From a virus, in IMG/VR virus record IMGVR_UViG_3300029387_000010: a stretch of DNA of 32,151 bases; one strand, 5' to 3'. Made by a program: the position numbers and the translations under genes. Below the pieces are notes generated by a model. It had not been told where the DNA came from and ran no database searches. It saw only the letters and a list, made by a program, of their open reading frames with translations. Below, piece after piece: positions 23,701 through 30,884 of the stretch. Position 1 is the stretch's first letter, and every line of letters begins with the position of its first letter.

Positions 23701-24698
23701 TAAAGACAAATCCGTATGGCATACAATTGGGGTATATCCGGAACGCTAACATAGATTTTGAAATAGGAGCAGATGAAAAGGACAGCATCAATGATTTTGA
23801 GATCGAACTGAAGCGTTGGAACTGGGATGGATCCATCGGATACGGAGCCAGGGTATTTTCGCCAGATACGGAATATGGTGGAATTGTTCGGGAAATCAGT
23901 ACAGACACATCGGCGAATATCATCCGTGCAAAGGGTGACACCTGGCGAGGCATGATGACCAAAAAAATCATACAGCCGTCGAGCGGGCAGGATTACGCTG
24001 TAGTGTCAGGGGAGCTTAATTCGATCATTAAAGCAAAGGTTGAAGCTGAGTTTCCAAGGCTATTTTACGGCGTCGAAACAGATACCGGTGTTAACGTGAC
24101 GAATTATCAGTTTGATAGATACTGTACGCTCCATAGCGGATTGACCAAGATGCTCAAATCTGTAGGATATCGTTTAGACATTAGATATCAGGAAGGCGAT
24201 GTCGGAATGCCCGGATATGTAAGGGTGAGAGCAGTTCCGATTAATGACCTGTCATCAGAGTACGAATTCACGAACGATAACAATATGAATTTCACAACCG
24301 ATGACAATCGACGCGGAATCAATCATCTAATCTGCCTGGGAAAGGGAGACCTAAAAGACAGGATAGTTGTCCACCTATACGTTGATCAGAACGGAGAAAT
24401 TTCGCAGACACAGCAGCATTTTACGGGTAGCGAAGAAATTGCAGCTATATACGATAGCAGCGGATCAGAAAAAAATGATTTGATCAAAAATGGAATCAAG
24501 GAGCTGGAGTCGAAAAAATCCAGTATGTCATACAACATGACTATGACAAAGCTGGAAGGGAATATCGATATAGGAGATATCGTAGGTGGAAGAGACTACC
24601 TGACGGGCATAAGCATGAAAAAGCCGATTGGCAGGAAGATTTGGACAATATCTTCTGGGAAAGAAAAGGTTGAATATAAATTGGAGGGTGATAATTAA
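23691..24698 (+). CDS. Siphovirus Gp37-like baseplate/tail-tip protein
   Basis: N-terminus ...GYIRNANIDFEIGADEKDSINDFEIEL...GARVFSPDTEYGGIVREI matches the ReqiPepy6 Gp37-like pattern. GTG start follows AAGGAG. Confidence 0.7.
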   Translation: MDLIKTNPYGIQLGYIRNANIDFEIGADEKDSINDFEIELKRWNWDGSIGYGARVFSPDTEYGGIVREISTDTSANIIRAKGDTWRGMMTKKIIQPSSGQDYAVVSGELNSIIKAKVEAEFPRLFYGVETDTGVNVTNYQFDRYCTLHSGLTKMLKSVGYRLDIRYQEGDVGMPGYVRVRAVPINDLSSEYEFTNDNNMNFTTDDNRRGINHLICLGKGDLKDRIVVHLYVDQNGEISQTQQHFTGSEEIAAIYDSSGSEKNDLIKNGIKELESKKSSMSYNMTMTKLEGNIDIGDIVGGRDYLTGISMKKPIGRKIWTISSGKEKVEYKLEGDN

Positions 24699-25664
24699 AT
24701 GGAGATTATTACTGGATATGTAGGAAAGAAGCATGTGACATCGGAACAGGAAAGAGACGTCAATCAAGGCATTGTAGGCCCAGGATCTTACGTATTGAAG
24801 ACGGGCATGCAAATGGAAGCAGAAGTTTCTTCTAACAATGAAATTAAGATCAGAGATGGAGTGCTGATGCATCAGGGATGCGCTGCATCAATTAAAAAGA
24901 ATACTTACGATTCATTAACCATCATCAATGGTAGTCAGGGCATGAAACGTATTGACTTAATTGTTGCCAGATATGAAAAGAATCGAGACGACGAAACAGA
25001 AAGCCTTAATCTGGAAGTCATCCAGGGAACACCGGCAGAGTCCAATCCGGCAGTTCCGGAATATACAGAGGGAAGTATTCAAGCAGGAGATTACATTGCA
25101 GATATGCCGATGTATCAAGTGATTATCAATGGATTAAACATTACAGAGGTAAAGCGATTGTTTGAAGTTGAACCGGATATCGACACTTTGAAAAAAGAGC
25201 TTGCTGAATTAAATGGCAAGATCAATCATAATTCCAACAAGCACATTCTGATCGGCAAATGGAGCAGCGCATGGAATCTTTCCGATACTCCCAAAAATAT
25301 CGGATCTAAAAAAGCCGCGATTGATAACGAATACTACAAGACCACCACCGGAGCGGATTCTGCCGTGACCGTCAAAAAGTCTGGGTTGTACTACGTATCA
25401 ATGTATGCGCAGGGATCAGCTGCTTCCGGTGCATCGGCATCCATACAGGCACAGGTTGTAGCAAGTGCCACAGTAGTAGATGATGCATACGTCCTGTTTG
25501 GAGCTGGCTATTCCTATAATGGATTAAGTGCGAACATCAACATAGGGCGCGTAGTGTTCCTACAAGCTGGAACAGTGCTCACGCCACAGCTTAAGAAATC
25601 CTCGGCATCTGGAGCTGCGTCAACCGCAGGAAGCTCTTACATGGAGGTTGTGCATATTTATTAA
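24699..25664 (+). CDS. Tail fibre/receptor-binding protein: constant N-terminal part (to about 25222) fused to variable cassette c1 (25223..25664)
   Basis: GGAGGGTG RBS. The crossover site AATTAAATGGCAAGAT lies at 25207-25222 (codons E-LNGK-I). The C-terminal 138 aa are 85/138 identical to the inverted cassette at 27542..27958. Confidence 0.85.
   Translation: MEIITGYVGKKHVTSEQERDVNQGIVGPGSYVLKTGMQMEAEVSSNNEIKIRDGVLMHQGCAASIKKNTYDSLTIINGSQGMKRIDLIVARYEKNRDDETESLNLEVIQGTPAESNPAVPEYTEGSIQAGDYIADMPMYQVIINGLNITEVKRLFEVEPDIDTLKKELAELNGKINHNSNKHILIGKWSSAWNLSDTPKNIGSKKAAIDNEYYKTTTGADSAVTVKKSGLYYVSMYAQGSAASGASASIQAQVVASATVVDDAYVLFGAGYSYNGLSANINIGRVVFLQAGTVLTPQLKKSSASGAASTAGSSYMEVVHIY
25207..25222 (+). 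repeat. Shufflon crossover site D (inside the fibre gene)
   Basis: AATTAAATGGCAAGAT. The identical 16-mer is at 27151-27166 (direct) and 27981-27996 (inverted). A 13-mer is at 25962-25974 (inverted). Confidence 0.9.
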
Positions 25665-25966
25665 GATAAGGTTATAGCACCAGCCGGTGAATAGTAGAAC
25701 AGTCCTGTAATCCGAAAGCGTCCGTTGACATTCTTGTTGAATACAGCGTATAGATTCTCACCTTGCCAAGTTACGCCCTCAGCATGTAAAGAGTCAGCAT
25801 TTCCGTCTCCATTCATGATGACGGCTCCTGAATTTTGCGGAGTAGCATCTGTTATCCCAAACAACGAATTGATCTTTGCAATGGTGGTTATCAATGCACT
25901 GGAGGTACCAGATCCATACGGAGTCATCGTGAAAAAAATGAACCGAACATTGTTCGCATAATTGCC
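25661..25966 (-). CDS. Start-less alternative fibre C-terminus, cassette c2
   Basis: The minus-strand frame is open from the LNG codons of site A: LNG-NYANNVRFIFFTMTPYGSGTSS...YYSPAGAITLS. The track ORF 25661..25927 is its 3' part. Its stop overlaps the c1 stop in TTAA. Confidence 0.75.
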   Translation of the reverse strand, partial: GNYANNVRFIFFTMTPYGSGTSSALITTIAKINSLFGITDATPQNSGAVIMNGDGNADSLHAEGVTWQGENLYAVFNKNVNGRFRITGLFYYSPAGAITLS

Positions 25967-25977
25967 ATTTAATTAAG
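25962..25977 (-). repeat. Shufflon crossover site A (inverted relative to D)
   Basis: TTGCCATTTAATTAAG is the reverse complement of CTTAATTAAATGGCAA. It shares 13 bp with D and 16 bp with B and C. Confidence 0.9.
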
Positions 25978-26027
25978 TAAGCGGATGACAATATGCTACA
26001 CTCAAATCAAAAAAAGGAGTGTGGCGA

Positions 26028-27014
26028 ATGGAGCAAAAGATCATGGAGGTAATGCGGCGGATGCAGGACATATTGTCAGAAGAACAGCTTCGAGAACTGC
26101 AGTCAGCTCTCAGAGTTACGTTTGATGGATGTGAGCTGCAATCAACGAATGAACTGATGGTGATGGATGATAGTTGGCAAGGGGATCTGGAAGATTTTCT
26201 GATGTCAAAAGCACTGGAAGGAAAGAGCAAGGCGACAATCATCCGGTATCGGTACGAGCTGGAAAGATTGCTATCGTACATCAATAAGGCAGTGGTCGAT
26301 ATTACAGACGCTGATATATCGAATTATATGAGGGCATACAAGAGAATTCGGAACATTAAAAACAGCACTCTTAAAGGTGTGCGGTCGATATATAGCAGCT
26401 TCTTTTCGTGGCTGCGTGATCGAGACCGGATCCGAAAGAATCCGATGGTGTTGGTGGAAGACATTAAGGTTCCAATCAGGGTGAGAGAGCCGTTCACGGA
26501 TGCGGAGCGAGAGAAACTTCTGAGAGAATGCCGGACGCTTCGGGATAAGGCTATAATGGAATTTCTATATTCCACAGCTGTCAGAGTTGGAGAATTGGTA
26601 AAGCTGAACCGGGGCGACATCAGATTTTCCGCAAAGGATCTGATTGTATGTGGTAAGGGCGACAAGGAACGAGTTGTTTATTTGAATGAACGTACTCACA
26701 TGTACCTGTTGGAATATCTGGAGAGTCGAACAGATACGAATCCAGCACTGTTCGTGTCGCTCAGATCACCGCATGAAAGACTGTCCGACAAAGGTGTAGA
26801 AGATATTGTACGTAGGACCGGAAGAAGAGTTGGCGTGAAAGCGTACCCGCATAAGTTCCGAGGTACATCAATTACCAATGCTCTCAATAGAGGAATGCCA
26901 TTGCAGGAAGCATCCTGTATGGCAGGTCATGTCAAATCAGACACAACATTAAGGTATGCTCAGTTGGATCAGGATTCAGTGAGATACCATCACAAGAAAT
27001 ATTTAAGTGCATAA
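26028..27014 (+). CDS. Tyrosine site-specific recombinase (XerC/D-integrase family), putative shufflon invertase
   Basis: Catalytic set in order: R (STAVRVGEL), K (GKGDKER), H-x-x-R (PHKFRGT), H (AGHVKSD), Y (TLRYAQ). ATG 26028 lies 8 nt after AAGGAG. The track start at 26019 is GTG. Confidence 0.9.
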   Translation: MEQKIMEVMRRMQDILSEEQLRELQSALRVTFDGCELQSTNELMVMDDSWQGDLEDFLMSKALEGKSKATIIRYRYELERLLSYINKAVVDITDADISNYMRAYKRIRNIKNSTLKGVRSIYSSFFSWLRDRDRIRKNPMVLVEDIKVPIRVREPFTDAEREKLLRECRTLRDKAIMEFLYSTAVRVGELVKLNRGDIRFSAKDLIVCGKGDKERVVYLNERTHMYLLEYLESRTDTNPALFVSLRSPHERLSDKGVEDIVRRTGRRVGVKAYPHKFRGTSITNALNRGMPLQEASCMAGHVKSDTTLRYAQLDQDSVRYHHKKYLSA

Positions 27015-27138
27015 CATACAAAAAATAAATGAGGAAAGGAGACTCCCCTTTAATCTCCGTGTTGTCGATACATCCGGCTAATGGTCGGGTGCTTTTGTTA
27101 TGCGCTTTTATATAGTAACTATTAACTTTAGATTCAAA

Positions 27139-27167
27139 GGAGTGGTTCTTAATTAAATGGCAAGATA
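27139..27167 (+). repeat. Shufflon site B: left arm of a perfect 29-bp inverted repeat
   Basis: GGAGTGGTTCTTAATTAAATGGCAAGATA is the exact reverse complement of 27980-28008. Confidence 0.95.
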
Positions 27168-27545
27168 CCGTTCTCGACCGTTCTGTACGATAACACTTCC
27201 GGAACAAAAACTGATGCCACATTGTCCGATAATGTAACGAACTACGAATACGTTGAAATATTCTATGGCAACGACCTAAATGATAATGATGCTTATGTGC
27301 CTATGCGTTCGATAAAAACGATACTGAAAGATGGATATGCAAGGGCGCGTTTACTATGGTTTGGCTCGACATCTGATTCTGCGAATCACCAGTTTTCCAG
27401 ATTGGCATTAGAATTACATGATAATACTATACATTTTGGTTCTGAGAATTTTGTTAATTTTTCATCGACCGCTGGGAGCGTCAAATGGAGCAACGCATCG
27501 ACGAAACATTTTAAAATATTTCGGGTAATTGGCTGGAAACATTAA
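27153..27545 (+). CDS. Start-less alternative fibre C-terminus, cassette c3
   Basis: The frame is open from TTA AAT GGC (27153): LNGKIPFSTVLYDNTSGTKTDATLSDNVTNYEY...VIGWKH. An in-frame TAA lies immediately upstream (27150-27152). The track ORF 27222.. starts at a TTG. Confidence 0.75.
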   Translation, partial: LNGKIPFSTVLYDNTSGTKTDATLSDNVTNYEYVEIFYGNDLNDNDAYVPMRSIKTILKDGYARARLLWFGSTSDSANHQFSRLALELHDNTIHFGSENFVNFSSTAGSVKWSNASTKHFKIFRVIGWKH

Positions 27546-27988
27546 GCAAGTTTTACAACTTCCATATACGAACTACCAGTTGTTGCAGATGCACCTGACG
27601 TATCAGATTTTCTTATTTGCGGTGAAAGAACAGTACCATTTTCAAGGCAGATAATTCGACTCATATTCACGTTCACGGAAAAACCATTATACGAATACTG
27701 AGAGCCGAAAAGCACGTAGTTATCATCAATGATCGTTCTATCTGCAATGACTTGCGCTTGAATACATGCTGATGCACCTTGGTTTGCGGCACCTTGTGCA
27801 TACATAGTCACACAGTATAAACCTGATTGCTTTATGGTTACGGTCGCATTTGCACCAGTTGTGGTTTTGTAACAATCATCATTAACAATTGGTTTGCTAG
27901 AGCCGATATTTTTTGCGGTTGTGGACAAGCTCCACGAGCTTCCCCACTTTCCGATCAATACATTATTTTTGCGATTATTTATCTTGCC
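27542..27988 (-). CDS. Start-less alternative fibre C-terminus, cassette c4 (homologue of c1)
   Basis: The minus frame is open from the LNG codons of site C: LNGKINNRKNNVLIGKWGSSWSLSTTAKNIG...SSYMEVVKLA. The only start is a TTG. Its stop overlaps the c3 stop in TTAA. Confidence 0.8.
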   Translation of the reverse strand, partial: GKINNRKNNVLIGKWGSSWSLSTTAKNIGSSKPIVNDDCYKTTTGANATVTIKQSGLYCVTMYAQGAANQGASACIQAQVIADRTIIDDNYVLFGSQYSYNGFSVNVNMSRIICLENGTVLSPQIRKSDTSGASATTGSSYMEVVKLA

Positions 27989-28008
27989 ATTTAATTAAGA
28001 ACCACTCC
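27980..28008 (-). repeat. Shufflon site C: right arm of the 29-bp inverted repeat
   Basis: TATCTTGCCATTTAATTAAGAACCACTCC. Its reverse complement equals 27139-27167. Confidence 0.95.
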
Positions 28009-28021
28009 GGAAAGGAGTGAT

Positions 28022-28393
28022 ATGAAACTCATATTTAATGATGCCACTGAACTGGTGGTCCAGTCTGCGGACATCCAATCAGATGGAGGACTTCTGATCA
28101 AGACGATCTCGGCGTCAGAGGAAGACTTGAAAACCATGTTCCAGGATCAGACAAAAACCAAGAAGATGGTTGTGAAAGAGCGTGAGTCCACACTTAGCGA
28201 ATATGAGAATTACACCAACATGGATGCCATTGTGAAGTACACAGCCGGCATTACTGGCGTGATTCTTTATAAGGTTGGTGAGACGCCGGCAGAAAAGATA
28301 GAAGCTCTTACGGCAGAGAATGCTGAGCTGAAAAAGGCTGTTGACATGCTCCAGGGGTGCATCCTTGAAATGTCCGAGCTGGTATATCAGTAA
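28022..28393 (+). CDS. Hypothetical tail-module protein (C-terminal LEMSELVYQ motif)
   Basis: AAAGGAGTG RBS. 123 aa. The C-terminal coiled segment is shared with 30471..30809. Confidence 0.65.
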   Translation: MKLIFNDATELVVQSADIQSDGGLLIKTISASEEDLKTMFQDQTKTKKMVVKERESTLSEYENYTNMDAIVKYTAGITGVILYKVGETPAEKIEALTAENAELKKAVDMLQGCILEMSELVYQ

Positions 28394-28449
28394 TGGTAAC
28401 TTTATTGACAAATTTATTCATATTATTACAAAATTCAGGAGGTAAAGAA

Positions 28450-28587
28450 ATGATGGCAATGTTATGGGCACAGCAGATTATGTTAGGAAAGAAGACTTAC
28501 GCACAGGTACCGAGACTCTTAAAGGATAAGGTGAAAGAGATCCTCGTCGATTCCGGAATGGAAGAACTTGTGACAGAGGAGCAGTAG
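28450..28587 (+). CDS. XkdX/CD1375-like small protein
   Basis: MMAMLWAQQIMLGKKTYAQVPRLLKDKVKEILVDSGMEELV matches the small-protein pattern ...I..GK.T...VP..L...V...L found after fibre genes in Firmicutes prophages. GGAGG lies 7 nt upstream. Confidence 0.6.
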   Translation: MMAMLWAQQIMLGKKTYAQVPRLLKDKVKEILVDSGMEELVTEEQ

Positions 28588-28588
28588 T

Positions 28589-29638
28589 ATGGACAATATC
28601 GTATCTGTAAAATTAGATTCCAGATACGCATCCACGCTGGGGGTATGGCAGTATGATTACGGTCAGGTGCTCCGGATCACAGGTCCGGAGCTTCCACCGG
28701 CAGTGGAAGTGCAGTTTTCGCTGGACGAGAAATCAGGAGAGACATTATCCAGAGTCGGCACGACGGTGGATGGAGTTACAGAGGTAAAGATTCCGGATGA
28801 GTTACTGGCGCACAGTGCGACCAGTGATTACCGGATCTATGCTTATATCTATCTGACAGATGAGACTTCCGGGAACACCAAGTATGAAATTACAATCCCG
28901 GTTAGAGTGCGAAGTAAGCCAACCTCTCCAACGGAAGATCCAGAGACGGATCCGGATCTATTTAGGAAGACGGTATCAGCGGTCAATGCATCCGCTGATC
29001 GTGCTGAGAATGCTGCAAGCTCTGCACGGGAAAGCGCGGAAGAAGCCAAAAAGTATGCCGAAGGCAAACAAGAAGATATAAAAAAGGCTGTATCTGATTA
29101 TATGAAAGAGAATCCTGTTAGTGCATCGGGAAAGCTGTCCGATTTACAGGAAGACGCTACACACCGTACTGTAACGGACACAGAGAAAGAGTCATGGAAC
29201 AGCAAGAGTGACTTTTCTGGGTCTTACAACGATTTAGAGGACAAGCCAACAATCCCCACAGTTCCAACCACCCTCCCAAACCCACAAGCACTAACCATTA
29301 CCTACGGCAACCAAACTCACACCTACGATGGCAGTGAAGCCCTTGCAATCACAATCGAGACAGGTGGCATCGAAAGAATAGAAAAGCTGTCTACAGACAC
29401 TACAGTTACATTAGAGCCTAACAAGCTCTATATCTTTCCAGAGATGTCAAGTCTTGCATACACCATCGGAGTGGGAACAGGAGAGGTGCATTTTATCTTT
29501 AAGAGCGGTGCGACAGCTACAAGGGTAGTACATCCAACCAACGTCAATATCGGTAGCTTTACGGTCGATGCGAACAAGATATATGAGGTATCTATATTAG
29601 AGGGGCTGTTGACTAGCCAGAATTGGAGTGTGAGCTGA
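28589..29638 (+). CDS. BppU-like baseplate upper/second fibre protein
   Basis: The N-terminal domain ...LDSRYASTLGVWQYDYGQVLRITGPELPPAVEVQF...VKIPDELL...YRIYAYIYL matches the BppU_N pattern. It is followed by an Ala/Glu coiled coil and a distinct C-terminal domain. Confidence 0.7.
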   Translation: MDNIVSVKLDSRYASTLGVWQYDYGQVLRITGPELPPAVEVQFSLDEKSGETLSRVGTTVDGVTEVKIPDELLAHSATSDYRIYAYIYLTDETSGNTKYEITIPVRVRSKPTSPTEDPETDPDLFRKTVSAVNASADRAENAASSARESAEEAKKYAEGKQEDIKKAVSDYMKENPVSASGKLSDLQEDATHRTVTDTEKESWNSKSDFSGSYNDLEDKPTIPTVPTTLPNPQALTITYGNQTHTYDGSEALAITIETGGIERIEKLSTDTTVTLEPNKLYIFPEMSSLAYTIGVGTGEVHFIFKSGATATRVVHPTNVNIGSFTVDANKIYEVSILEGLLTSQNWSVS

Positions 29639-30099
29639 TGGAGCGACGAAGAATGATGCTTATGGATGGACAGGAGGTAGAAAATATGGGTTGGAAAGAA
29701 GTAAAAACAGTAGTTGCACAGAATGATGGTGATGCATTATATGTAGACGGATTTGAAGCGGAAAGAATTAGAGTGACAGCGATGCTTGCGACCGTAACAG
29801 ATAATAAAGGACTTCGCTTTAACATTGCGAAAGATGCATATGAAAATTTCTTTAATATGGGAACAGCTGCTACAACAGAATTTAGACCGCTTCTATTTGA
29901 GCTTGGAGTTGTTGGGAATTATGCGATAAGCACAGCTTTTTGCTATCCCAAAGTTTCTGTTAGTACTAATGCACAAAATACAGTAGCAGGAGGAATGGAA
30001 TTACCAAATGGAGAAACACTTATAAAGCGACTCAGAATTAATTCAGCAAACGACAAATTAAAAGCAGGGTCTTGGTTGAGAATAGAAAAATGGGGATAG
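29638..30099 (+). CDS. Hypothetical protein (153 aa), tail-fibre module
   Basis: ATGA overlap with the previous stop. No family recognised. Confidence 0.6.
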   Translation: MERRRMMLMDGQEVENMGWKEVKTVVAQNDGDALYVDGFEAERIRVTAMLATVTDNKGLRFNIAKDAYENFFNMGTAATTEFRPLLFELGVVGNYAISTAFCYPKVSVSTNAQNTVAGGMELPNGETLIKRLRINSANDKLKAGSWLRIEKWG

Positions 30100-30134
30100 G
30101 AGTTGATACAAAAATGAACAATGCTAAAATGCTG

Positions 30135-30169
30135 ACAGCACAGCACAGCACAGCACAGCACAGCACAGC
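30135..30169. repeat. Pentanucleotide microsatellite (ACAGC)x7
   Basis: Seven perfect tandem copies counted directly. They lie between an ATG-initiated 19-codon ORF (30114..30173) and ORF 30182..30463. Confidence 0.97.
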
Positions 30170-30181
30170 TTAAGGCGTAGG

Positions 30182-30463
30182 TTGCTTGCAAGTGCGGTCA
30201 CAGAAAAAGACGATAACCTAATAGACCTAAACGCCTACAGCGAATCAGCCAATACATATGTACAGGACATTGCTATTGATAATGTAAAAACGTATTACGC
30301 ATATGATATTAGTTATATCGTCTGCTACAACAAATTTGGCAGTAATATGGGGTTAGCAACGATAGCGAGTGACGGAACGGTTGCCATGAAACCAGACACA
30401 ATAATGATAAGGGTAAATATTAGCAAAAACAAAAATCCGTATTTCGGATTAACAAAGAGGTGA
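30182..30463 (+). CDS. Hypothetical protein (93 aa), possibly phase-variable through the upstream repeat
   Basis: It has only a TTG start with a weak AAGG upstream. Its frame is open back through the repeat to 30128. Confidence 0.5.
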   Translation: MLASAVTEKDDNLIDLNAYSESANTYVQDIAIDNVKTYYAYDISYIVCYNKFGSNMGLATIASDGTVAMKPDTIMIRVNISKNKNPYFGLTKR

Positions 30464-30470
30464 TTAAAAA

Positions 30471-30809
30471 ATGCACGCAAAACTACAAAACGGATTTCTT
30501 CGAAGTGCACCCAAAACGATAACTTTGGATGGCAAGACTATCAACAATCCATTGCCGGAAGAACTGGAACAGCTAGGCTACAAGCCTGTGGTGTACACAG
30601 ATATGCCTACTGAGGTAACAGATGGTAAACACTGGGAATCGGAGTGGACGGAGGGAGAGACAGAGATTACGCAGGCGTGGAAGCTTGTGGAAGACACGGT
30701 CTATCCAGAGCCGGAACCGCTCCCAGAGGAAAGGATCACAAAACTGGAAGAACAGAGTCAGTTTCTCACAGAATGTCTTCTAGAGATGTCTGAGGCTGTA
30801 TATGAGTAG
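30471..30809 (+). CDS. Hypothetical protein (112 aa; C-terminal LEMSEAVYE motif)
   Basis: ATG follows AAGAGGTG. The C-terminal segment is paralogous to that of 28022..28393. Confidence 0.65.
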   Translation: MHAKLQNGFLRSAPKTITLDGKTINNPLPEELEQLGYKPVVYTDMPTEVTDGKHWESEWTEGETEITQAWKLVEDTVYPEPEPLPEERITKLEEQSQFLTECLLEMSEAVYE

Positions 30810-30833
30810 GGGTGACTATATGGAGATACGCGC

Positions 30834-30856
30834 AAGACCTTCGGGTCTTATTTTTG
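30834..30856 (+). terminator. Rho-independent terminator
   Basis: AAGACC (30834-30839), tetraloop TTCG, GGTCTT (30844-30849), then ATTTTTG. Confidence 0.75.
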
Positions 30857-30884
30857 TACGCAAAATTAAGAAAGGACGATTAAT

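Noticed and set aside
25725-25991. ORFs 25725..25961 (+) and 25794..25991 (-) overlapping cassette c2
   Set aside because: The frame continuous with the LNG codons of site A (25966..25661) explains the region. These two are alternative-frame shadows without an RBS.
26324-26887. Minus-strand ORFs inside the recombinase gene
   Set aside because: They are antisense to a gene showing the complete tyrosine-recombinase catalytic signature.
26932-27222. 96-aa minus-strand ORF across the recombinase 3' end and site B
   Set aside because: It has no RBS, it crosses the non-coding spacer and the 29-bp repeat, and its translation is low-complexity.
27157-27237. 26-codon ORF starting at the ATG inside site B (ATGGCAAGATAC...) behind AAAGGAGTG
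   Set aside because: The ATG is part of the conserved crossover core present at all four sites, and the short frame is unconserved. The c3 frame, in frame with LNG, is the better explanation.
30135-30169. Whether the ACAGC repeat is a CRISPR-like or minisatellite array
   Set aside because: The units are contiguous 5-mers without spacers, so this is a simple-sequence repeat and not a CRISPR array.
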